DNA of 32,000 nt from Edaphobacter aggregans (GTDB taxonomy: Bacteria > Acidobacteriota > Terriglobia > Terriglobales > Acidobacteriaceae). The notes below the pieces were generated by a model. It was not told the origin of the DNA and did no database searches. It worked only from the letters and a program-made list of their open reading frames with translations. Location of the stretch: positions 4,170,001 to 4,202,000 of the forward strand of contig NZ_RSDW01000001.1 in the NCBI RefSeq assembly GCF_003945235.1, in the 5' to 3' direction. Positions 15,503 through 23,091 of this stretch are shown piece after piece (the stretch's first letter is position 1; each line of letters starts with the position of its first letter). Position numbers and translations under genes: made by a program.

Positions 15503-17095
15503 TTATTTGTGCTGGCTGATGGTGTTGAGCTGCGTGAGTGTTGGGGTTGAGTTCATGTTCGACGTGCGGGCCACGTTGACGCCGTTGGCAACGAGTCCGC
15601 CGGCAGCGTTAACAATGTTCATCGCGACTGCATTCTCTTCAGCCGTTCCCGCCAGAGTCACACTGTAGGTGTTAGTCGTCGTGATGGTCGACCCATCCAC
15701 TGCGATGTTGGTTGCAGTGGCTGAATCCATCGCGAGCGCACCCTGTATGTTCTCCGTCTTGTGGTAGGCCTTGATCGAGTGGCTGGAATTCGACTTATCC
15801 TTCGTTGTAACGAGACTCGCCGTCTTGGCGTCGCTGGCGCTCTCTGTCTCGCTGTTGGAGGTCGAGTCAGAAGCACTCTTCATCGCCTGATCCGCCTTCA
15901 TGCTCGAACTGCTATGAGACTCTGCATTCTGCGAAGCATTGTTTGCGCTCTTCGATGAAGCGTCTTGCGACGTCTTATCGTAAGTTGAGTTCTTGCTGTC
16001 GTTCGCAGACTTCATATCGCCCGAAGTCGAGCTCTTGTTCGATGACGAGTTGCTGGTATCGGCTGACTGATTGGAGCTGGTAGAGCCGCTTGTAGCAGTA
16101 TTGTCAGCGCTGTTGGTGGAGTCGGTTGCCGACGCGCCCTTGGAAGCGCTGAGATTGTCGGCCTGCGAGCCCGAGGTCGTCGAGGTGGATCCACCACTCG
16201 AAGAGGGATTGCTATACGACGAATTGCCGACGGATGTGGAGCTTCCGGATGGGCTGGCGGCGGACGCGGTGTGATCGGTCGTGCCACTGCTCGCCGTATT
16301 GTTGCTGGTGCTTCCCTTGCTTGCTGTTGCGTTATCCGTGGCAGAAGCCGACTTCACGTTGCTTGCATTCTTCGTGTTGTTGGACATCGCAGCGTCCGTC
16401 GCGGCGTACGTCTTGTCCAAGCTGTTCGAATCCGACGACATCGAGGAAGATCCCGAGGTCTTGCTGGCGTTATGCATCTCGGCCGCGTTGTTTGATGCGC
16501 TATCGCTGCTTGAAGAGCTGCTGGTGTCGGTCTTGCTGGCCGTCACCGCATCCATGGCGCTCTTTGTGTCGCTGGCTGCGGCGTTGAGGCTTGAGGAACT
16601 GGTGCTGTTCTTTGTCACATCCGACGACTTCGTTACGTCCAACTCCGAGTTCGCACCGCGGGTGTAGCCCGTCAACGAGGCTTGCGACGCACTCGACTGA
16701 GTGATGTCGTTGGTCTGGTTGACATCCGCGCTACCGGTGTTTTCCTCAGTGGTAAGGCTTCCGTTATAGACGTTCACACCATTGGCGACGACTGCATCAG
16801 ACGAACTTACGATGTTGATGCCTTTCGCTCCGCTAAGCGCGGCTCCATCGAGGCTCACGGTTCCTGTGTTGTTCTCGGTGACTGTCGAGTTATCTGCCGC
16901 TATCGCTGTACTTTCCTCGCCGGCAGCGGTTACTTTATCCATCTGCGTGTCGCTGATGGCTTGGGTCTTGCTCTGTTTCTCGTGGGTTGTCTTGGACTTG
17001 CTCTGACCGTACGCTGCGCCAGAGACGACTAAGGCTGTGATAAGCGTGAATACAAGTTTTCTCACTGCTTCCTCCATGTGGCCATGGTTGGCCAT
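15503..17095 (-). CDS. Large secreted repeat protein: two N/V/A/G/T-rich modules flanking a ~330-aa Ser/Thr/Asn/Asp/Ala low-complexity linker
   Basis: 530 aa. Signal peptide (..KLVFTLITALVVSGAAYGQ). ATG at 17095, or an in-frame ATG at 17077. The protein-like minus frame contrasts with Arg/Leu-rich plus-strand ORFs. The N- and C-terminal modules are homologous to each other and to the 134-aa protein. Confidence 0.75.
   Translation of the reverse strand: MANHGHMEEAVRKLVFTLITALVVSGAAYGQSKSKTTHEKQSKTQAISDTQMDKVTAAGEESTAIAADNSTVTENNTGTVSLDGAALSGAKGINIVSSSDAVVANGVNVYNGSLTTEENTGSADVNQTNDITQSSASQASLTGYTRGANSELDVTKSSDVTKNSTSSSSLNAAASDTKSAMDAVTASKTDTSSSSSSDSASNNAAEMHNASKTSGSSSMSSDSNSLDKTYAATDAAMSNNTKNASNVKSASATDNATASKGSTSNNTASSGTTDHTASAASPSGSSTSVGNSSYSNPSSSGGSTSTTSGSQADNLSASKGASATDSTNSADNTATSGSTSSNQSADTSNSSSNKSSTSGDMKSANDSKNSTYDKTSQDASSKSANNASQNAESHSSSSMKADQAMKSASDSTSNSETESASDAKTASLVTTKDKSNSSHSIKAYHKTENIQGALAMDSATATNIAVDGSTITTTNTYSVTLAGTAEENAVAMNIVNAAGGLVANGVNVARTSNMNSTPTLTQLNTISQHK
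15560..15730 (-). repeat. C-terminal module of the 530-aa protein (aa ~456-512)
   Basis: MDSATATNIAVDGSTITTTNTYSVTLAGTAEENAVAMNIVNAAGGLVANGVNVARTS is homologous to the N-terminal module and to aa ~35-118 of the 134-aa protein. Confidence 0.7.
16757..16942 (-). repeat. N-terminal module of the 530-aa protein (aa ~52-113)
   Basis: MDKVTAAGEESTAIAADNSTVTENNTGTVSLDGAALSGAKGINIVSSSDAVVANGVNVYNGS aligns with the C-terminal module; a short (about 4-aa) gap is needed after the initial MD motif and the remaining ~52 residues align ungapped. Confidence 0.7.
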
Positions 17096-17419
17096 GCGCG
17101 ACCATGCACGCGGCTCGAACGAGCTGCGCGGCGGCCAATTTATGACGCACGCTTGCGCATCCGTAATGGAGGCTCAAGACGAGACATCATGTACCTGTAG
17201 GGGCGAGGGCTTCGACTCAAAGTCAGCTTGCTCAATTGAAAATAAGACAGGCGAAAGACAGGTGCACTCAAGTCAGTCGCGTTCAAAAAAATCGCGTTCG
17301 CAGATAACTAGTCGGACGTGGAGCCCTGAACTTACTCATAACCATCTTTTCTACCTTGCGTTACTAAGTGCTTAGTAGATAGAGCCCAGTAGGGGCCCAC
17401 AAATAGCCGGGGTTATGCG

Positions 17420-17435
17420 TGCAATTCGTGTTCCA
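17420..17435 (-). promoter_or_regulatory. Candidate sigma-54 (-24/-12) promoter element upstream of the repeat-protein operon
   Basis: The minus strand reads TGGAACacgaaTTGCA versus the consensus TGGCAC-N5-TTGCA, with correct GG-N10-GC spacing and one mismatch. It would imply a leader of >300 nt. Confidence 0.3.
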
Positions 17436-17560
17436 ATCGCCCGCCCACAATCCAAAGGAGTTCTACTTATTCGTACTTTGCGGCTGCACCACTTTGCATA
17501 TTTTTGTGGAAAAACATGCCATTTCTGTGGCTAATTGGTTTCAAAGTAAAAGTAGGTCGT

Positions 17561-17597
17561 GTAAGTTCGAGATAAGTCAGAGTAAGTAGTGACTTAC
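17561..17597. repeat. Helically phased hexamer repeats (G/A)TAAGT x3 plus one inverted copy
   Basis: GTAAGT at 17561, ATAAGT at 17572 and GTAAGT at 17582 (spacing 11 and 10 bp), with inverted ACTTAC at 17592-17597. The last two form the palindrome GTAAGTagtgACTTAC. The array lies ~140-175 bp upstream of the sigma-54-like element. Confidence 0.4.
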
Positions 17598-17614
17598 AAA
17601 TAGTTACGTCTTAA

Positions 17615-18211
17615 TTATCGATCTAGCCAGACAATCGTGGGTCGGTGTAATAGGCTGTCGGACGCGCCAATTACGAGTACGTCGGGTTGACGCCATCCAT
17701 GAGTGAAGACAAGCCTGAGCCCGGTAGCATCCCTCGCTACTTTGAACACAGGTTCACTTACCACTGAATCCCCCGCAGCGAGTCTGGCTGTCAGCGGTAC
17801 TCCTGAGATCCCCCTCGACTCATTCCACCTGCGCCCCTGTGCATCCAGGAGATATGCGCGGATCAGTTTTTCGCTCTCGGTACGGCCACGTGCATGATTC
17901 GTGATTCGGACAGATACCCGGATCAGCCGGCTTCCATCGTGAATTAGAAATCCTGGTACCTCCTCGACGCCTGTGACCGCAAAGCACATCTCGTCGAAGC
18001 ATTGGTCCTGGCCCATGGCCACGGCCTTTTGCGGCTGCAGCAGTGAAAACGCCAGCAGCACGACAAGATAAGTCGCCCACACGCCTGCGATCCAGCCCAA
18101 ATGGCGAAGGGCCTTCGCCCGTTCTCCCCGGGCCAGCGATATGGTCACTCCGATGGCTCCAATCGCCGTCCAACCCACCAGTGCCAGCAGTAAAAGCTCC
18201 CTCAGGTTCAT
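17615..18211 (-). CDS. Hypothetical membrane protein (2 TM helices plus a C-terminal beta-rich domain)
   Basis: The ATG at 18211 gives MNLRELLLLALVGWTAIGAIG... (198 aa). The longer ORF-track start at 18424 would run antisense through the ABC ATPase gene and adds non-protein-like sequence. Confidence 0.6.
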   Translation of the reverse strand: MNLRELLLLALVGWTAIGAIGVTISLARGERAKALRHLGWIAGVWATYLVVLLAFSLLQPQKAVAMGQDQCFDEMCFAVTGVEEVPGFLIHDGSRLIRVSVRITNHARGRTESEKLIRAYLLDAQGRRWNESRGISGVPLTARLAAGDSVVSEPVFKVARDATGLRLVFTHGWRQPDVLVIGASDSLLHRPTIVWLDR

Positions 18212-18247
18212 TTCAGGCCCTCGTTCACGGTAAACTTTTATTAACTC

Positions 18248-18952
<705 letters not shown>

Positions 18953-19023
18953 GGAAGCGTCCATCTGGCCTGGTTATCTGCGGACACTAGTTCAGCCAAA
19001 TACCTCTGCTACTATCGCGAGGC

Positions 19024-19689
19024 ATGGCAGATATCTTCCATCACGGTCCCGAACCGACTTTTGCCGATCTCTATCGGCCCATGTCTGAGCTTGAACTGCA
19101 GGAACTCGCCGCCGATTGGCACTCACTCATTGACGAAGCACGTTCTGCTCTCATTGCCGAGTTTGCCAGTCGTGGCCTCGAATTCGTCGAACCATTACCT
19201 CTCGACGATTCCTCGCCGGAGTACCGTGATCTCGTAACACTTCGCCGCTATCGCGATCTTTCCGAAGCCATCGTTGCGCGTGCCGTGGTCGAATCGGCAG
19301 GAATCTTTTGCTTCCTGAAGGACGAGAACCTCGTTCGTCTCGATTGGCAGATGTCGAACCTTGTCGGCGGAATTCGATTGCAGGTTGGCGCTGCTGATGT
19401 TGAAGCAGCCGAAGCAGTCCTGGCGCAGCCCGTTCCTAACTCCATTGATATTCCAGATCAGCCCGGCTTTGAACAGCCTCGCTGTCCGCGCTGCACCTCA
19501 ACCGATATTGCCTGGGAACGTCAGGGTCGCAAAGCTGCCCTCGTCTCCCTTTACCTGTTCGCTCTTCCGGCGCCGCGCGGTTCTGAGTCCTGGCGCTGCA
19601 GCAGTTGTGGTCTGCAGTGGGTCGATGAAGATGAATTGATGCGGGCCACGCAGAACGATGACTTCAATTCATCGTCTGAGGAAAGTTAA
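19024..19689 (+). CDS. Hypothetical protein with a DUF2007-like domain and a C-terminal Cys4 zinc ribbon
   Basis: 221 aa. RRYRDLSEAIVARAVVESAGIFCFLKDENL resembles the DUF2007 'putative signal transducing' fold. CPRC...(x27)...CSSC forms a zinc-ribbon pattern. Confidence 0.6.
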   Translation: MADIFHHGPEPTFADLYRPMSELELQELAADWHSLIDEARSALIAEFASRGLEFVEPLPLDDSSPEYRDLVTLRRYRDLSEAIVARAVVESAGIFCFLKDENLVRLDWQMSNLVGGIRLQVGAADVEAAEAVLAQPVPNSIDIPDQPGFEQPRCPRCTSTDIAWERQGRKAALVSLYLFALPAPRGSESWRCSSCGLQWVDEDELMRATQNDDFNSSSEES

Positions 19690-20384
19690 TGAAGATTCTG
19701 CACGCTGTCTCTCTACTCCTTCTCACCCCTGTTTTGGTGGGGCAGATGCCCAAGGGCTACAAGGGAAAGCCCTTTCAGGACGCTTTTCATATGTCTGGCC
19801 CTCAGGTCATTCCCGGTCGGCTTGAGGCGGTCCTTTACGATCTTGGTGGCGAAGGCGTCGCCTACCATGACACCGACAAGATCAACCATGGCAGCGGCGA
19901 GTTGAACTATACCAAGGGCCACTGTGAAGGGGGCGTTTCTGCCTATATCTGCCACTTCCGCGAGAATGAAGGCGTCGATATTTCCTATGTGAAGAAGCTG
20001 GCGGACCTCAATCATCCCAGCCTTGTATTTCCTGAGTGGCAGCAGCTTTATCTGGGATGGGAAGAGACTGGCGAATGGGTGAACTACACCGTCGACGTCA
20101 AAAAGGCCGGTCGGTACAAGATCGTTGCGATGTATTCGCACACGGCCAATACCATCCAGTTTTCGCTCAACAATCAACCCGCAGCCGACTGCAAACTTCC
20201 GGTCGATCCCTGGACGCAGTTTCCCGACCGTCACGATCCGGATTGGATGATGTACCACTCGTGGAACCGCGCCGAATGCGGCGAAATCGAATTTCCCAAG
20301 GCAGGGCGTCAGCTTCTTACGCTGCACTACAAGACTGGAAACAACCTTGCTTACTTCGACTTCATTCCGGTCGAGCTGAAGTAG
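19689..20384 (+). CDS. Secreted carbohydrate-binding-module (CBM6/35-like) protein
   Basis: Signal peptide. IPGRLEAVLYDLGGEGVAYHDTD... and GEWVNYTVDVKKAGRYKIVAMYS follow the typical CBM6 pattern. The start overlaps the upstream stop (TAATG). Confidence 0.7.
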   Translation: MKILHAVSLLLLTPVLVGQMPKGYKGKPFQDAFHMSGPQVIPGRLEAVLYDLGGEGVAYHDTDKINHGSGELNYTKGHCEGGVSAYICHFRENEGVDISYVKKLADLNHPSLVFPEWQQLYLGWEETGEWVNYTVDVKKAGRYKIVAMYSHTANTIQFSLNNQPAADCKLPVDPWTQFPDRHDPDWMMYHSWNRAECGEIEFPKAGRQLLTLHYKTGNNLAYFDFIPVELK

Positions 20385-20565
20385 GCTGCAAGTAAAAACC
20401 ACCGGGCGGAGAAGATTTCGGACCGACGGCTTTCCAGTAGAAATGCAAATACACGGCAACTGCTCTGCGTCGGGTGAAGTCTCTCTTTCCAGATTTAGGG
20501 GGTGAGCTTTATCTGCTGGATACGTTGTACCCGATACGATGGAGGCAGCAGGAAGGAAGTTCCCC

Positions 20566-20916
20566 ATGCCTGACCCCGTACTCGTTACAGCGATTTCGAA
20601 GCTCCTGGCACCGCTCCCCAGCATCACCGAGGAGAAGACCCCAACCCATGCGACCTACTTTATCGGCCGGAAGATCTTTGCTTTCACCAGAAGCGGAGGC
20701 GGTGGCGGAGTCGCGATCAAGCTACCGAAGGAGAGAATCGCCGAGCTGATCGGGCGCGACGACATCACCATACTCAAAATGGGCCCGCGGACCATGAAGG
20801 AATGGATTCTCCTTGACCACGCCAAGCCCGGCGACTATACGGGCGATCTCGACCTCTTCAAGGAGTCGATCGCCTTCGTTGCAGCCACAAAGAGCAATCT
20901 TCGAAAGCGCCGCTAA
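20566..20916 (+). CDS. Small hypothetical protein (YjbR/TfoX-N-like pattern; unverified)
   Basis: The ATG at 20566 is preceded by GGAAGGAAG (SD). ...ATYFIGRKIFAFT..VAIKLP...MKEWILLD.. resembles the YjbR/TfoX_N small-protein pattern. The ORF-track start at 20539 lacks an SD. Confidence 0.55.
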   Translation: MPDPVLVTAISKLLAPLPSITEEKTPTHATYFIGRKIFAFTRSGGGGGVAIKLPKERIAELIGRDDITILKMGPRTMKEWILLDHAKPGDYTGDLDLFKESIAFVAATKSNLRKRR

Positions 20917-20937
20917 CTACACCAGCCAGACCTTGGG

Positions 20938-21600
20938 TCAGCGCGAAGAGCCTACTCTGTCACCTTCGACCGTCACTGGATGGAATGCTCGTTCGCCGTT
21001 CTCCGAGATGCGCACCTCGCCGGTGCCGATATCGTAGACCCAGCCGGAGACTGTCAGCTCTCCGCGCGCCATCGCGCCCGCTACGGAGGGATGCGTCTGC
21101 AGGTGCTGCAGTTGCAGCAGAACGTTCACTTCCGTCAGCCGCTTCAAGCGCTCGGTGGGTGTTTCGTTCGCCGTCCCCAGAGAGTTTGCGACGCTCAATG
21201 CTGCCTGAGCGTTGGTCAGCCAGCTCTTCACGGTCGGCAGCGCGTTCAATGACTCCGGCTTGAGCAACGCCTTCATCGCTCCGCAGTCCGTGTGTCCGCA
21301 GACGACAACGTGCTTCACCTGCAACACGCTTACGGCATACTCCACCACCGCGCTCACGCCGCCGAGCATCTCGCCATACCCGGGAACGAGGTTGCCGACG
21401 TTACGCGCCACAAACAGCTCACCCGGCTGTGCCTGCGTCAACATTTCCAGGTCGATCCTCGAGTCGGCACAGGTTACAAACAACGTCGACGGGTGCTGCG
21501 GTTCGCTGACCGCCTTTTCATACATCTCGGCATGCGCGGGATAGACCTCTGCACGAAACCGCCGGATCCCCGCCTTCAAGTTATTCAACACATCATCCAT
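20938..21600 (-). CDS. Beta-class carbonic anhydrase
   Basis: CADSRID...ELFVARNVGN...VVCGHTDCGAM carries the beta-CA zinc ligands. The ATG at 21600 (MDDVLNNLKAG) has a GGAG SD and avoids overlap with the upstream gene. The alternative start is 21645. Confidence 0.88.
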   Translation of the reverse strand: MDDVLNNLKAGIRRFRAEVYPAHAEMYEKAVSEPQHPSTLFVTCADSRIDLEMLTQAQPGELFVARNVGNLVPGYGEMLGGVSAVVEYAVSVLQVKHVVVCGHTDCGAMKALLKPESLNALPTVKSWLTNAQAALSVANSLGTANETPTERLKRLTEVNVLLQLQHLQTHPSVAGAMARGELTVSGWVYDIGTGEVRISENGERAFHPVTVEGDRVGSSR

Positions 21601-21620
21601 GCCATACGCTCCAGTAAGTT

Positions 21621-22193
21621 CTATTCTTTCCACTTGATGTTGCACCCAACGGCGAACCGTTGATTCGGGTCAGGCCGCTTGCCCGCGATCACGGCGTCCA
21701 TTGCCGCGCGCAGGTCTTTGCCAGTCACAGGAATATCGTTGCCATAGTCGCCACGCCGCGGGCGGCTGTCGTCCAGTTGGCCGCGATAGACGAGCTTCAT
21801 TTCGCTGTCGAACAGGAAGAGGTCCGGTGTGCAGGCTGCCTCATAGGCACGTGCGATCTCCTGCGTCTCATCGAACAGGTAAGGGAAGCGGAAGTCGAGA
21901 CGCTCGGCCTGCTTCTTCATTTCCTCAGGAGCGTCCTGCGGATATTCCACGATGTCGTTCGAGGAGATGGCTGTAATCCCAATCTTTCCTTCATAGTCAC
22001 GACCGATTCGCGCCAGCTCCTCTTCGACGTGCTTCACATACGGGCAGTGCACGCAGATGAACATGACCAGCAGCCCCTGGCCGTCTTCGGCGACGTCATC
22101 GCGCCCTACTGCCTTGCCCGTGACCACATCCACCAGCTCAAATGCAGGAGCCACGCTTCCCAACTCCACCATCGTCGATTGCGTTCTCGACAT
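21621..22193 (-). CDS. Thioredoxin-fold (AhpC/TSA/redoxin-like) protein
   Basis: 190 aa with a CVHC (CxxC) motif in LLVMFICVHCPYVKH. A GAGGAGA SD is present. Confidence 0.75.
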   Translation of the reverse strand: MSRTQSTMVELGSVAPAFELVDVVTGKAVGRDDVAEDGQGLLVMFICVHCPYVKHVEEELARIGRDYEGKIGITAISSNDIVEYPQDAPEEMKKQAERLDFRFPYLFDETQEIARAYEAACTPDLFLFDSEMKLVYRGQLDDSRPRRGDYGNDIPVTGKDLRAAMDAVIAGKRPDPNQRFAVGCNIKWKE

Positions 22194-22255
22194 AACCGTT
22201 GTCTCCTCGATGTCTCGTTAGTTTCATTCTAAAGGTTGCTGTATACACTAGGCGC

Positions 22256-22543
22256 ATGGTCATCCATACATTTGCCTTCCGGTGGAAGCCGGGCGTCACC
22301 AACGATCAGAAGCAGCATGTCATTCAGGAGATACGCGCCCTGCAGGGGCAGATCCCCGGCCTCGTCGAAACCCTTGTCGGAACGAATATCTCGCCGCGTT
22401 CGCAGGGATACGAGCTCGGGGGCGTCATGAAATTCGCTGACCGGACGACCTTCGACGCTTACAACGGCCATCCCGTCCACCAGAAGCTGCTTACCTGGCT
22501 GATGCCTCTTATCGATCCACTCGAGGTCGACTTCGAACTCTGA
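22256..22543 (+). CDS. Dabb (stress-responsive alpha/beta-barrel) domain protein
   Basis: MVIHTFAFRWKPGVTNDQ...FDAYNGHPVHQKL is the typical Dabb pattern at ~95 aa. The ORF-track start at 22199 adds non-conserved residues. Confidence 0.75.
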   Translation: MVIHTFAFRWKPGVTNDQKQHVIQEIRALQGQIPGLVETLVGTNISPRSQGYELGGVMKFADRTTFDAYNGHPVHQKLLTWLMPLIDPLEVDFEL

Positions 22544-22559
22544 CTTAAGCTGGAAAGGC

Positions 22560-23045
22560 ATGCTCGTCCCCCGCACCCTTCCCGGTGGCCGCACCAGCCG
22601 CCATGCTCTTCCTACAGGCCCAAATGGTCTACCCCTCTGCCGCTGGTGCGAGCTTGAGATTCTCGCCAAACGCCGCCGTACTTTCTGCAGTGACTACTGC
22701 GTCCACCAGTGGCGTCTCCGCACCGACCCCGGGTATCTCCGCGACCAGGTCTTCGCCCGCGACCGTGGCCTTTGCGCCGCCTGCCATATCGACACCGTAG
22801 CCGCCTACGCTGCTCTCAAGCGTGCCAGAGGCCCAGCCCGAGCCGCCGGTCTCCGTCTCTATGGCATGAAGACCATCACCAGCCGCCGCAGCCTCTGGGA
22901 CGCGGACCACATCCTGCCCGTAGCCGAGGGCGGCGGCCAGTGCGATCTGGACAACATCCGTACGCTCTGTCTCCTCTGCCACCGCGAAGCCACGGCCCAA
23001 TTACGCCTCCGCTTACGGGCCAGCTCACACGCCGTATTGGTCTGA
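22560..23045 (+). CDS. HNH endonuclease with an N-terminal Cys-rich (zinc-ribbon-like) segment
   Basis: DADHILPVAEGGGQCDLDNIRTLCLLCHREAT is the HNH motif. CRWC...CSDYC lies upstream. 161 aa. Confidence 0.8.
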   Translation: MLVPRTLPGGRTSRHALPTGPNGLPLCRWCELEILAKRRRTFCSDYCVHQWRLRTDPGYLRDQVFARDRGLCAACHIDTVAAYAALKRARGPARAAGLRLYGMKTITSRRSLWDADHILPVAEGGGQCDLDNIRTLCLLCHREATAQLRLRLRASSHAVLV

Positions 23046-23091
23046 CCTCTATTTGACCTGGCCCTTCTCCGCGGTGTATCAAGGCATCGCG

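Noticed and set aside
17476-17494. cTGCACcactTTGCAt sigma-54-like sequence on the plus strand
   Set aside because: The spacing is one nucleotide short and the -24 GG is missing (TG). It also points toward the 3' end of a minus-strand gene, so it has no target.
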